Source: Candidatus Daviesbacteria bacterium (GTDB taxonomy: Bacteria > Patescibacteriota > Microgenomatia > Daviesbacterales > UBA10151). Taken from it: DNA of 61,531 nt. The notes beneath the pieces are model-generated. The model worked only from the letters and a program-made list of their open reading frames with translations, did no database searches and had not been told where the DNA came from. This document shows, one piece after another, positions 1 to 9,743 of the stretch (position 1 is its first letter; each line of letters starts with the position of its first letter). The DNA lies in contig JACQIX010000019.1 of assembly GCA_016198275.1 (NCBI GenBank), positions 1-61,531 on the forward strand. Direction: 5' to 3'. The position numbers and the translations under genes were made by a program.

Positions 1-150
1 CAGGAGTTTAACCAAAGATTAACTGATTGGCTAATTGAATACAATTCTATTAGACCTCACAAGACTCTTGATTACAAATCACCACTGGAGTATCTTGATA
101 ATTACTACCAAAAAGTGTCACCGAGGTACTCATCCCTTACAAACTATTGA
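1..150 (+). CDS. 3' fragment of a DDE (rve/integrase-core type) IS transposase, truncated by the window edge
   Basis: Frame 1 is open from base 1 to TGA at 148-150 and reads QEFNQRLTDWLIEYNSIRPHKTLDYKSPLEYL... The YN-x2-RPH-x2-L...P signature is the conserved C-terminal end of integrase-core transposases. Confidence 0.55.
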   Translation, partial: QEFNQRLTDWLIEYNSIRPHKTLDYKSPLEYLDNYYQKVSPRYSSLTNY

Positions 151-201
151 CTTAGTAGAGCAGCTATTGTAAATTCTAAGTACTGCCTCGAAGTATTTTC
201 C

Positions 202-2208
202 ATGGATTTACTTATTAATAACCTAAGTTACTTAATGTGGGCCTCGGTTGGGGCAGGTCTTTTGTACGGATTTTGGTTGATAATTGATGTTTTGAAACAA
301 CCTGCCGGTGATGAAAAAATGCAGGAGATTGCCTCCGCGATTCAAGTTGGAGCCATGGCTTATCTGCAAAGGCAATATCAGGTGGTGGCAATAGTGGCTC
401 TTTTGATAGCCGGTTTGATTTATTATAGTTTGGGACAAAATGCAGCTATTGGATTTTTGGCGGGGGCAGTGCTTTCAGCTTTGGCAGGTTTTATTGGCAT
501 GAGTGTTGCTGTCAGGGCCAATGTCAGGGTATCGGAAATGGCTAAAAAGGGTTTAGCCCCGGCCTTTAGTTTGGCTTACAAAGGCGGGGCTGTGACCGGA
601 TTTCTGGTAGTAGGCTTGGCTTTGGGCGCAGTTTATGGGTTTTACACATACACTAATGGCGATTTAAAATCTTTGGTGGGATTAGGTTTTGGTGGATCTT
701 TAATCTCTGTTTTTGCCAGATTAGGCGGGGGGATATTTACCAAAGGCGCTGACGTGGGGGCAGATTTGGTGGGAAAATTGGAAGCAGGAATTCCGGAGGA
801 TGACCCCCGCAATCCGGCAGTGATTGCGGACAATGTAGGAGATAATGTGGGTGATGATGCCGGCATGGCAGCTGATATTTTTGAAACTCATGTGGTGACT
901 GCCATTGCTGCCATGATTTTAGGGCAATTGCTCATGCCCGGTTTTATCAATGCCGTACTTTACCCCCAGGTTTTAATGGCAGCTGCCATTTTGGCCTCTA
1001 TTTTTGGCTCTTTTTTTGCCCGTTTAAGCAATAAAAATATCATGGGCGCCCTGTATCGGGGGTTAATTTGGGCAGTGGTTTTTTCGGCCATTTTATTTTA
1101 CCCGTTGACATCAATATTAATGTCAGGCAATGGTAATTTTGAGGTAATTAATTTATATCTGGCAGCCTTAGTCGGCATATTTTTAACAGCTGCAATGATG
1201 GTAGTGACTGAATACTATACCGGCACCCAATATAAACCTGTGCAAAATATTGCCAATGCTTCTAGATTCGGTCATGGTACCAACATCATTGCCGGATTGG
1301 CTATCTCAATGCAATCAACTTTTGTGCCGATATTGTTGATTTCAGCTGCAGTCCTGATCAGTTTCTCCCTGGCCGGCCTTTATGGAATCGCCATAGCAGC
1401 TGTGGCTATGTTGTCACTAGCTGGAATTGTGGTAACCATTGATGCTTTTGGCCCCATTACCGATAATGCCGGCGGGATTGCCGAGATGGCACATTTGCCG
1501 GATAAAGTCAGGCGCGTCACAGATCTTTTAGACGCGGTTGGCAATACCACCAAGGCAGTAACCAAAGGTTATGCAATTGCTTCGGCCGGGCTTGCTGCTT
1601 TGGTTTTGTTTGCTGCTTATGCTCAAGAGTTTATATCTACTGGAAATGAATTGAATTTTTCACTGCTGGACCCCAGGGTGTTGATAGGACTTTTTATTGG
1701 AGGGTCTTTACCTTATCTTTTCGGAAGTTTAGCCATGGAAGCTGTGGGAAAAGCAAGTGGAGCTGTGGTGGTAGAGGTCAGGCGTCAATTTAAAACCATC
1801 AAAGGTATTATGGAGGGTAAAGCCAAGCCGGATTATGCCAAATGCGTGGAAATTGTCACAGCTGCTGCCCAAAAACAAATGCTTATACCTGCTTTAATTC
1901 CGGTTTTGGCTCCGGTTTTGGTAGGGTTTGTATTAGGACCGGTGGCACTGGGCGGGATGTTGGTAGGGTCAATAGTAACCGGAATCTTTGTGGCAGTCTC
2001 TATGACTACGGGTGGAGCTGCCTGGGATAATGCGAAAAAATATATTGAGTCAGGAAAGTTTGGCGGCAAAGGATCTGATGCTCATAAAGCTGCGGTAACC
2101 GGCGATACTGTTGGAGATCCATACAAAGATACAGCCGGGCCGGCCATTAACCCTATGATTAAAGTAGCCAATATCGTAGCTCTGTTGCTGGTGCCTTTTC
2201 TAAGATAG
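202..2208 (+). CDS. hppA: Membrane-bound proton/sodium-translocating inorganic pyrophosphatase
   Basis: 668 aa and highly hydrophobic. It carries the diagnostic motifs [26 protein letters not shown] and [18 protein letters not shown]. Confidence 0.95.
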   Translation: MDLLINNLSYLMWASVGAGLLYGFWLIIDVLKQPAGDEKMQEIASAIQVGAMAYLQRQYQVVAIVALLIAGLIYYSLGQNAAIGFLAGAVLSALAGFIGMSVAVRANVRVSEMAKKGLAPAFSLAYKGGAVTGFLVVGLALGAVYGFYTYTNGDLKSLVGLGFGGSLISVFARLGGGIFTKGADVGADLVGKLEAGIPEDDPRNPAVIADNVGDNVGDDAGMAADIFETHVVTAIAAMILGQLLMPGFINAVLYPQVLMAAAILASIFGSFFARLSNKNIMGALYRGLIWAVVFSAILFYPLTSILMSGNGNFEVINLYLAALVGIFLTAAMMVVTEYYTGTQYKPVQNIANASRFGHGTNIIAGLAISMQSTFVPILLISAAVLISFSLAGLYGIAIAAVAMLSLAGIVVTIDAFGPITDNAGGIAEMAHLPDKVRRVTDLLDAVGNTTKAVTKGYAIASAGLAALVLFAAYAQEFISTGNELNFSLLDPRVLIGLFIGGSLPYLFGSLAMEAVGKASGAVVVEVRRQFKTIKGIMEGKAKPDYAKCVEIVTAAAQKQMLIPALIPVLAPVLVGFVLGPVALGGMLVGSIVTGIFVAVSMTTGGAAWDNAKKYIESGKFGGKGSDAHKAAVTGDTVGDPYKDTAGPAINPMIKVANIVALLLVPFLR

Positions 2209-2221
2209 CAACATGGTTTGA

Positions 2222-2626
2222 CTATGAGACTGGTGGAGGAGGCTGTCCCCCTGATAGAGCTGTTTTAACTTCATTTACTACCTGATTTGGGGTGTATGAA
2301 GCTTTAATTAAATATGCCTGCGCTCCCAATTCAAATCCTTCTTTAATTACAGCTTCCTGCCCCAAATTAGTTAGTAGTATGGTAATCATTTTAGAGTTGG
2401 GATTTTGGGTTTTGAATTCTCTTAAAACTTGCAAGCCGTTCATTCCCGGCAGCATAATATCCAAAAGCAGCAAATCAAACTGTTCTTTTTTGAGGGTCTC
2501 CAGTGCAGATTGACCGTCAATTGCGCTTTTAACCAAAAACCCGGCCTGGGTTAGTTGCCTCAAATATAACTCTCTTATAAAATCTTCGTCTTCAACCAGT
2601 AAAATTTTTTTACTTTGTGGATCCAT
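2222..2626 (-). CDS. Stand-alone response-regulator receiver protein (CheY-like)
   Basis: 134 aa. It has an acidic pocket (VEDEDF), a phospho-acceptor context (LLLLDIMLPGMNG) and a conserved Lys (YLIKA). There is no output domain. It lies directly downstream of a histidine kinase on the same strand. Confidence 0.85.
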   Translation of the reverse strand: MDPQSKKILLVEDEDFIRELYLRQLTQAGFLVKSAIDGQSALETLKKEQFDLLLLDIMLPGMNGLQVLREFKTQNPNSKMITILLTNLGQEAVIKEGFELGAQAYLIKASYTPNQVVNEVKTALSGGQPPPPVS

Positions 2627-2667
2627 TACATCATTCTAACTAAACACTACAATTCTTTCAACGGTCA

Positions 2668-2694
2668 ACTACAACTATGTAAACTAGTTGTAGT
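2668..2694 (-). other. Intercistronic stem-loop between the histidine kinase and receiver genes
   Basis: Perfect 10-bp inverted repeat ACTACAACTA (2668-2677) / TAGTTGTAGT (2685-2694) with a 7-nt loop. It touches the kinase stop codon. No U-tract follows on the transcribed strand. Confidence 0.3.
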
Positions 2695-4199
2695 CAATAA
2701 TTTAAGCTGCCGGCTTGAATTGATTGAGCGGCAAATTTATCAGAATTCAACATACCTCTGGTTTGGCTAAGCAGAGGTAAAGTAAAGTAAAATTTACTAC
2801 CCTTTCCTAACTCAGATTCAACCCAAATTTTGCCGTTTAATTTTTCTATAATTGATTTGGCAATATACAATCCCAAACCAGTTCCTTTGCCTCCTTTTTG
2901 GACTTGATTGGAAACTCTAAAGAATTTACTGAAAAGATGAGGTATCGCCTCTTTTGGTATGCCTAAACCAGTGTCAGAGACTACAGTGGTAATTTCATTT
3001 GGAGAAGTTTGGGTAAATACATCAACTTTTCCTCCCGGACTTGTGTAATTGATGGCATTGGCAAGGAGGTTGGTGATTACCTCGCCTGTCCTGATGGAGT
3101 CAGCTAGCACTTTTGGCAAGGGACTTTGAGGGGTAACTAAGGTAAGCAGAATATTTTTTTGGCTGGCCTGGGCTTTCAGATCTTCAACTGATTTAGAAAG
3201 AATATCCATATAATCAGTAGGCTCAGGGGAAACTGCTAATTGTTCCCTTTCTATTTTATTAACATTTAATAAATTCTGAATTAATGTTTGCAACTGTCTT
3301 GCAGCCACGAAGGCTTTGTCTAAAAGCTCTAATTCTTCTTTAGTTATTTTTTTCCTGTTTTCATTAAGAAATACAGAAAGATATCCAATGATACTGGTCA
3401 AAGGTGTTTTTAGCTCGTGGGATGCCATGGAAACAAAATCCAGCTTCATTCTTTCCAGCTCTTCTTCTTTGGAGAGATCATGTAAAATTAAAATACAACC
3501 TAAGTTAGTTTGAACCTGACCATCTACTGTGGTAGTCATTAAGTTAACTTTGGTTTGCCTGCCCATCTTGCCAACCAGATTGGCTGATTTATTAAAGCTG
3601 CCTTGACAATAGTTTTTAGGCAGTATTTCTTCTTGTTCCGCATACAGATGAACAATACTATCAATAGGTTTGCCAAAAACTTCCTCTTGGGTATAACCTG
3701 TAAGCTCCTGGGCGGCTTTATTTATCAGCATGATATTTTTATTAAAATCTACGGCAATAATCCCATCGATAATAGAAGAGAGAATTTCATTTATTTTATT
3801 TCTTTCTGAAATAGCTATCTCCCGATCACTTGCCAATTTGCTAAAGGTTTGGCTCAATTTTTGAGCCATTAAATTAAAGGCATTTCCAACTTCTTCAAAC
3901 TCATCACCTGATCTGATATCGATCCGGCGGTTAAGGTTGCCGTCGGAAAAGTCCCAGGTGCTTTTTATCAGTTTATCAAGCGGTTTAAATAGCCAAAATG
4001 ACAGGGTTATTCCCAAGAGAGTAACCCCCCCCCCTATTATAAAGCTAAGTATGGGGTTTAAGCTAAGATAAAAAGTAATCGCTAGCGGAGAGAGCACTGC
4101 TAAAAATATTAACAAAGATATTTTTAGATGAAGAGTTTTTTTGCGGAGCAGGTTTTGCATATTATAATCCAGCGTATCAGAAGACTGATTTGGGGTCAA
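2694..4199 (-). CDS. Sensor histidine kinase (TM - HAMP-like - PAS-like - HisKA - HATPase)
   Basis: 501 aa. It has N-terminal TM helices, a HAMP-like GDEFEEVGNAFNLM segment, H-box SHELKTPLTS, N-box NLLANAINYT, G1 DTGLGI and G2 GTGLGLYI. The ORF-track start is TTG; an in-frame ATG at 4160 (MQNLL...) is an alternative. Confidence 0.85.
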   Translation of the reverse strand: MTPNQSSDTLDYNMQNLLRKKTLHLKISLLIFLAVLSPLAITFYLSLNPILSFIIGGGVTLLGITLSFWLFKPLDKLIKSTWDFSDGNLNRRIDIRSGDEFEEVGNAFNLMAQKLSQTFSKLASDREIAISERNKINEILSSIIDGIIAVDFNKNIMLINKAAQELTGYTQEEVFGKPIDSIVHLYAEQEEILPKNYCQGSFNKSANLVGKMGRQTKVNLMTTTVDGQVQTNLGCILILHDLSKEEELERMKLDFVSMASHELKTPLTSIIGYLSVFLNENRKKITKEELELLDKAFVAARQLQTLIQNLLNVNKIEREQLAVSPEPTDYMDILSKSVEDLKAQASQKNILLTLVTPQSPLPKVLADSIRTGEVITNLLANAINYTSPGGKVDVFTQTSPNEITTVVSDTGLGIPKEAIPHLFSKFFRVSNQVQKGGKGTGLGLYIAKSIIEKLNGKIWVESELGKGSKFYFTLPLLSQTRGMLNSDKFAAQSIQAGSLNY

Positions 4200-4225
4200 G
4201 GAATCTGCTATAATTTCACTTGCTT

Positions 4226-4299
4226 GGCGCGTTCGTCTAGTGGCCTAGGACATCGGGTTCTCATCCCGAAAATCACGGGTTCAACTCCCGTACGCGCTA
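4226..4299 (+). tRNA. tRNA-Glu: tRNA-Glu (anticodon CUC)
   Basis: Hand-folded cloverleaf of 74 nt. The acceptor stem is GGCGCGT/ACGCGCT with a G1-U72 wobble, and the D arm is GTCT-AGTGGCCTA-GGAC. The anticodon stem TCGGG/CCCGA carries loop TTCTCAT (anticodon CTC). The T arm is ACGGG-TTCAACT-CCCGT, the discriminator is A, and no CCA is encoded. Confidence 0.8.
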
Positions 4300-4303
4300 C
4301 TAT

Positions 4304-4822
4304 ATGATTATTCCCTTACTGCTATTTTTTTTGCTGGTAACATTAATTCACGCTTTATTCCTTAGTTTGGCAAAGTTAAGCAAAACTGAGGATAAGTCAA
4401 AATTGTGGAAGATCCATTATTTTATCAATGGCATACTTTGGTTGATATTGTTATCTTGGATAATTGTAATTCAATTTAGTCCCCCCACTCTGAATTTCCC
4501 TTTGGGGATAAAGTTGCTTGGTTTTATCTTGTGTTTAGCAGGCTCTTATTTAACATTTTCATCTTTTAGAAAGATTAACTTAAAAGAGGCAATGGGACAC
4601 AGATTCTTTTCCCGCAGTCAAACAAAATGGGTTTCTTCAGGGGTGTATACTTATTTCCATAATCCCATGTATGACGGCTTTTTTTTAGTTTTTCTTGGCT
4701 TAGGATTTTTAGCAGGGATTGGCGCAGATTTTATCTTGGCTGGAGCCAGTTTTTTACTTTTAAATGTATTTCTTGCTTCCATAGAGAGCTTATCTTCTCA
4801 ATTGACTTGGCGGATAATTTAG
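4304..4822 (+). CDS. Polytopic membrane protein, isoprenylcysteine carboxyl / phospholipid methyltransferase-like (ICMT/PEMT family)
   Basis: 172 aa with 4-5 TM helices. The C-terminal motif FHNPMYDGFFLVFLGLGF resembles the RHPxY...G signature of the ICMT/PEMT family. Confidence 0.5.
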   Translation: MIIPLLLFFLLVTLIHALFLSLAKLSKTEDKSKLWKIHYFINGILWLILLSWIIVIQFSPPTLNFPLGIKLLGFILCLAGSYLTFSSFRKINLKEAMGHRFFSRSQTKWVSSGVYTYFHNPMYDGFFLVFLGLGFLAGIGADFILAGASFLLLNVFLASIESLSSQLTWRII

Positions 4823-4854
4823 CATAAGATTGGCCTGATTTGACCAACCTCTAA

Positions 4855-5346
4855 ATGACCACTAAACTTAATAAAAACACCAGAGCTGCAAAAAACGTCT
4901 ATCTAACCTCTCAAGGTTTATCTGATGCGAAGGAAGAATTGGAGTTTTTAAAAAAAACCAAGAGAACGCAGATTGCCGAAAGGATTCATCAGGCTCGCGA
5001 ATATGGTGATTTAGCGGAAAATTCAGAATATGATGCTGCTTTGGAGGAGCAATCACTGGCTGAAAATCGTATTGCGGAGCTGGAAAATATTCTCAAAGAC
5101 GCCAAAGTGATAGCTGATAAACATCAATGTGATTTTGTGGTGATTGGCTCAACAGTTAAAATTGAGATGGATGACGGAATTGAGGAATTTACCATTGTGG
5201 GAAGAGTTGAGGCAGATCCTTCCCAAAAAAGGATCTCTAATGAATCACCTTTAGGTTCGGCTTTGATTGGAGCTAAAAAAGGGGAAGAAGTGGAAGTGGC
5301 AACGCCAATTGTAAGGTATAAATGTAAAGTACTTGAAATTAAATAA
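4855..5346 (+). CDS. greA: Transcription elongation factor GreA
   Basis: 163 aa. It has the N-terminal coiled coil with REYGDLAENSEYDAA and the C-terminal FKBP-like domain ISNESPLGSALIGAKKGEEVEV. Confidence 0.9.
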   Translation: MTTKLNKNTRAAKNVYLTSQGLSDAKEELEFLKKTKRTQIAERIHQAREYGDLAENSEYDAALEEQSLAENRIAELENILKDAKVIADKHQCDFVVIGSTVKIEMDDGIEEFTIVGRVEADPSQKRISNESPLGSALIGAKKGEEVEVATPIVRYKCKVLEIK

Positions 5347-6629
5347 TGGAAAAACCTTTAATTAAATTTAATCCTAAGCTGCCTAAGCTGTCAAAAAATG
5401 AACAATCTGTATTAAAGTTACTAGTTGAAGCAGCAGAGTTAATTGCCCCAATTTACCAGCAGCAAGAAAAACAAATTCAAGTAAAAGTAAACAAAAAAGA
5501 GTTAGAAATTGCTGCTAAAAGAAATCCCAATTTACTTTCTCCTTATACCATTATTGAAAAATCAAACGGAAAACTGGTAGCTATTCCCTATCATATAAAA
5601 TATGCAAAATTATTAAAACCAGTGGTCGATAAATTAATTGAAGCAAGTAATTTTACTGAAAATAAAAATTTTGCTAACCTCTTGAAGATACAAGCCAAAG
5701 CTCTATTGGAAGGAACCCAAGAAGATGCAATTGCTACTTGGTTAAAAACGAAGCCTTATATTTTGGATATATCTATCGGGCCAGTTGAACATCATGATGA
5801 TCGTCTATTTCACGCTAAGGCCTCCTACCAAGCATGGGTGGGAGTATTGGACTTAGAAGCTACTAAAAGAGTGGAATATTATAAACAAATAGTTCTATCA
5901 GGTAGAAGAAAAGATTTACTGCCTGGTAGATTGGAAAATTATCATGAAGTTAGGACAAGAGTAGATAATGTAGTTATTTTTTCTGGACACATGGCCAGAA
6001 CTAAATTTGTAGGGGTAAATTTACCCATGAATCCTAAATTAGTAGAAAAGTACGGCTCTGAAATAACTTTATTTACTCAGGTTAATGATTTGAGATCAAA
6101 AGAGCAAATCTGGCCTATTTTTAATAAAAATTTTTCATTCGCACTCAGACAAGGTTTTAATTTTGAAGATTTAAGGAGGGGTAATTTTGATTATGTTACT
6201 CTTCATGAATTGGCCCATAATGATTTATACTATAAAAATGCTGCTAAGAACTTAGGAGATTTACTTTCTCCAATTTATGAATTAAGCGCTAATGTTTTAG
6301 GGCTCCGAATGGCAGGTACACTTCTTTTAAAAGATATTATTAAAGATAAGCAACTAGAGTCAATGATAATTGCCTTTATATGCAGAAGCTTTTATCTAAT
6401 TGAAAAAGGAAAGCGTAGTAAGTCTTGGATTAATTATGGAACAGGTGGAGTTATTTTTATTAACTTTATGCTCCAAAGCGGAGCATTAAAACAATTTAAA
6501 GAATTGATAATTCCTAATTTCACAAAAATTTTCTTATCCTTGCCTGATCTTTCTTATGCACTAGAATTTCTACTTTCCTCCGGCACCAGAAATGACGCAA
6601 AAGCCTTCATTAAAAAATACGGCATTTAA
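5346..6629 (+). CDS. Hypothetical zinc metallopeptidase-like protein (HExxH; tentatively DPP III/M49-like)
   Basis: 427 aa. It has HELAH at TLHELAHN followed about 25 residues later by YELSAN, which resembles the second (EExxA) metal-ligand motif of M49. The start overlaps the greA stop (TAATG). The family call is tentative. Confidence 0.35.
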   Translation: MEKPLIKFNPKLPKLSKNEQSVLKLLVEAAELIAPIYQQQEKQIQVKVNKKELEIAAKRNPNLLSPYTIIEKSNGKLVAIPYHIKYAKLLKPVVDKLIEASNFTENKNFANLLKIQAKALLEGTQEDAIATWLKTKPYILDISIGPVEHHDDRLFHAKASYQAWVGVLDLEATKRVEYYKQIVLSGRRKDLLPGRLENYHEVRTRVDNVVIFSGHMARTKFVGVNLPMNPKLVEKYGSEITLFTQVNDLRSKEQIWPIFNKNFSFALRQGFNFEDLRRGNFDYVTLHELAHNDLYYKNAAKNLGDLLSPIYELSANVLGLRMAGTLLLKDIIKDKQLESMIIAFICRSFYLIEKGKRSKSWINYGTGGVIFINFMLQSGALKQFKELIIPNFTKIFLSLPDLSYALEFLLSSGTRNDAKAFIKKYGI

Positions 6630-6715
6630 ATAAACTATCTTAAATTGCAATATCTTCCTAAAAATAATATAATCCGTTGAAAGTAGAAATCTGCTTTTTT
6701 AAATCAAAGTAAATT

Positions 6716-7618
6716 ATGTCATCAGTACATGGAGTAGAAGTGATTAGGAATGGGGAAAATGACCTTCCAGGTATGAATCCACATCCAAATCCAGAATCCC
6801 CTTTTAAGGGAGGGCCAGCTAGTATTTTTCAGGGCAGCACCAGACTTTACGAGATACAAACAATTAGAAGTGGATCTGAGCACGGTTTTGTCGAAAAGAC
6901 TAATATAGGCTATGAGGTAATTCCTGGACACGAGGCTCTAGTGAGTATAATTGATGGATTATATAGAGGGGTATACCCCAATAGGTCTAAAAGGAATCCT
7001 GAGCTAACCACAGAGAGAGTACTTAAGAGTTTAAGTTACCCTAGGACAATTTTACTACTGGCTTCATATCAGAGAGAACCAGTAGGCTTCGGAATATTCC
7101 CTAGGTTTTATATTGGTGATGAGCCAGTATTATATTCATCCAGAGCAATTTTACCGGAGCATGAACAGGAAGGCCTGGGAACGTTTTTTCTGAAAAGAGG
7201 GATAGAATTACATCAAATAGCATGCTTAAGGACCAAAAAGCCATTGTTAAATGGTGTGTTAATGACTCAAAGCGCCTATTCTGTATTATCGCTTGAAAAT
7301 TTACGACGTGATGGTATAATTGAAAAAATCCAGCCTTTTGAAGAACCTTATGATAAGGAAGGTAAGCGAATTCTTTACGGTGTACATGCTTTAGTTTTCG
7401 TATCTTCAGCAGCTATTGAAGATACAGGGGTTAGCAGGGGTGAGTTAATTGAAGTGGGTATTAATGAAGCGTTTACTACGCCGACAGAAGGAACTAGGGC
7501 TTGGAATCGTTATCTAACTATGGTGCTTCGTCCTCCTGCAGGAGTTGGGATGAGTCCACAAGCAGGTGATGTGGTATATACAAGATTTATTATTCCCAAA
7601 CGTCATTTTCTGGGATAA
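6716..7618 (+). CDS. Hypothetical protein (weak GNAT-like Q-x-x-G-x-G segment)
   Basis: 300-aa ORF in line with its flanking genes. Only a weak acyl-CoA N-acyltransferase-like segment (EQEGLGTFFLKRG) is visible, with no other recognisable motif. Confidence 0.3.
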   Translation: MSSVHGVEVIRNGENDLPGMNPHPNPESPFKGGPASIFQGSTRLYEIQTIRSGSEHGFVEKTNIGYEVIPGHEALVSIIDGLYRGVYPNRSKRNPELTTERVLKSLSYPRTILLLASYQREPVGFGIFPRFYIGDEPVLYSSRAILPEHEQEGLGTFFLKRGIELHQIACLRTKKPLLNGVLMTQSAYSVLSLENLRRDGIIEKIQPFEEPYDKEGKRILYGVHALVFVSSAAIEDTGVSRGELIEVGINEAFTTPTEGTRAWNRYLTMVLRPPAGVGMSPQAGDVVYTRFIIPKRHFLG

Positions 7619-7671
7619 CAATAATGACTGCCAAATAATAATTTCTTCTTTTAAAAATTTACAGCTTCAGT

Positions 7672-7677
7672 TATACT
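7672..7677 (+). promoter_or_regulatory. Candidate -10 hexamer of lysS (leaderless-type spacing)
   Basis: TATACT lies at 7672-7677, followed by 6 nt and then the lysS ATG at 7684. No Shine-Dalgarno sequence is present. Confidence 0.35.
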
Positions 7678-7683
7678 TTTGTC

Positions 7684-9141
7684 ATGGCTTTGCAGGATTT
7701 ACAAAAAGAAAGACTTAAGAAGTTAAGAAATATTCAAAAACTTGGGGTAAATCCGTATGTTTCCAAAAGTCAAAGAAAACATACTTCAGCCATAGCCCGT
7801 AAAATGATTGGTAAAAAAGTGGTTGTTGCCGGCAGGATTAGGTCTCTTAGGCCTCATGGTAAGATTACCTTTGCGGATTTGGAAGATTTTTCGGGAAAAA
7901 TCCAATTATTTTTTTCTCAGGAGGAATTAAGGGGAGAAAAGTATGAGTTTTTATCCAATTTAGATATCGGAGATTTTTTAGAAAGTTTTGGGGAAGTTTT
8001 TAAAACTCAAGCAGGAGAAATTACTGTCAGAGTTTCCGATTATAAATTATTAACCAAAAGTTTAAGGCCGCTGCCTTCTGCATGGCATGGGTTGGAAGAT
8101 GTAGAAGAAAGATATCGTCAAAGGCATATAGATTTGATTATCAACCCTGATGTTAAAAAAGTTTTTGAAGTCAGAAGCAAGGTGATCAGGTTTTTAAGAA
8201 AGTTCATGGAGGAAAAAGGATTTATGGAAGTTGAAACCCCAACTTTGCAGCCGATTTACGGAGGGGCTACAGCTAGACCTTTTGTAACTGCCCATAATGC
8301 CTTAGGCCTTAAATTATTTTTAAGAATTTCCGATGAGCTTTATTTAAAAAGATTAATTGTGGGGGGGTTTGAAAAGGTTTTTGAAATTTGCAAGGATTTT
8401 AGGAATGAAGGGATAGACCGTCAGCACAATCCTGAATTTACCATGATGGAATTTTACTTGGCTTATGCAGACTACGAAGATTTAATGAAATTAACAGAAG
8501 AAATGTTCTCAAAAGCAGTAAAACATATCCACAATAAATTAAAGATTGAGTTTGAAGGCGAAAAAATTGATTTTACCCCGCCTTTTGGGAAAATTACATT
8601 TAATCAACTGGTTAAAATAAACTCCGGAATTGATCTTGAGAAAATTAACACGGAGGAGGAATTAAGAAAGGTGATTTCTGAGAAAAAATTAAATCTTAAT
8701 ATGCAGGATATAGTAGGTTATGGTCCCTTAGTCGATGAATTATATAAAAGAGTTGGAAGGATAAAAGTTAAACAGCCAACCTTTGTCACAGACTATCCTT
8801 ACCAGATGAGGCCTTTGGCCAAAATTAAAGAAGGAAATCCCAGGGTGGTAGGAAGTTTTCAGCTTCTTTGCATGGGGTATGAAGTGGTTAATGCTTACAA
8901 TGAGTTAAATGATAGTCAAGAGCAGGAGATAAGATGGAAGGAGCAATTGTCTTTGGCAAAAAGAGGTCTGATTGAACACCAAGTTTTGGATGAGGATTAT
9001 ATCAGAGCTTTGGAATATGGCATGCCACCAACTGCCGGCTGGGGAATGGGAATAGATAGATTTGTTTCGCTTTTAACTAATATGCACTCTATAAAAGACG
9101 TGATTTTGTTTCCCACCCTTAGGCCGGAAAAGAAGAAATGA
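7684..9141 (+). CDS. lysS: Lysine--tRNA ligase, class II
   Basis: 485 aa. It has an N-terminal OB anticodon-binding domain and class II motifs FRNEGIDRQHNPEFTMMEFY and GWGMGIDRFV. Confidence 0.95.
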   Translation: MALQDLQKERLKKLRNIQKLGVNPYVSKSQRKHTSAIARKMIGKKVVVAGRIRSLRPHGKITFADLEDFSGKIQLFFSQEELRGEKYEFLSNLDIGDFLESFGEVFKTQAGEITVRVSDYKLLTKSLRPLPSAWHGLEDVEERYRQRHIDLIINPDVKKVFEVRSKVIRFLRKFMEEKGFMEVETPTLQPIYGGATARPFVTAHNALGLKLFLRISDELYLKRLIVGGFEKVFEICKDFRNEGIDRQHNPEFTMMEFYLAYADYEDLMKLTEEMFSKAVKHIHNKLKIEFEGEKIDFTPPFGKITFNQLVKINSGIDLEKINTEEELRKVISEKKLNLNMQDIVGYGPLVDELYKRVGRIKVKQPTFVTDYPYQMRPLAKIKEGNPRVVGSFQLLCMGYEVVNAYNELNDSQEQEIRWKEQLSLAKRGLIEHQVLDEDYIRALEYGMPPTAGWGMGIDRFVSLLTNMHSIKDVILFPTLRPEKKK

Positions 9142-9728
9142 AGATTAATGACCTAAAAAATATTTTAAAAGTTTTCTTAACTTTGCAGTGGACAAAGGAG
9201 TTGCCCAGACAGGGTTTTATTGCTTTGGGATTTAAAAGAAATGAAGCAGATTCTGTAGCTGCTCATTCTTTTACCACTGCACTTCTTTCTTATTTTTTGG
9301 CCAAACAATTACAAAAAGATGGTGCAGAAATAGACCCTGACAAAGTGCTAAAAATGGCTTTAGTGCATGACATTGGTGAGACTATTGTTGGAGACGTGGG
9401 TACTTTTGTCAAAGGAATGGCAGGAGGAGTTTTTAAAGATATAGAAGAAGAAGGAGTCAAAGCTTTGGTTGAAGGTTTAGACTCCAAAGAGGAGATTATC
9501 AAATTGGTGGAGGAGTATAATGATCGGACAAGTTTGGAAGCAAGAGTTGTCAAAGCTGCTGATAATTTGGATGCTTTAGCCCAGGCTAAAGGTGTACCTG
9601 CAGCCCAGGATGCGTTAAAATATTTTAAAAAGGTGTATCATATTACCAAATTTGATTGGCACAAAATGGGGGTTGATTTAATATTATCAGGCAGTATTGA
9701 ACCTGCCCGTGATTGGCAAAAGAAGTAA
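9138..9728 (+). CDS. HD-domain metal-dependent phosphohydrolase (YfbR-like 5'-nucleotidase family)
   Basis: 196 aa. It has AAHSF...LVHDIGETIVGD...D, i.e. the H...HD...D pattern. The start overlaps the lysS stop (ATGA). Confidence 0.75.
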   Translation: MKINDLKNILKVFLTLQWTKELPRQGFIALGFKRNEADSVAAHSFTTALLSYFLAKQLQKDGAEIDPDKVLKMALVHDIGETIVGDVGTFVKGMAGGVFKDIEEEGVKALVEGLDSKEEIIKLVEEYNDRTSLEARVVKAADNLDALAQAKGVPAAQDALKYFKKVYHITKFDWHKMGVDLILSGSIEPARDWQKK

Positions 9729-9743
9729 CCCGCCATCTATATT

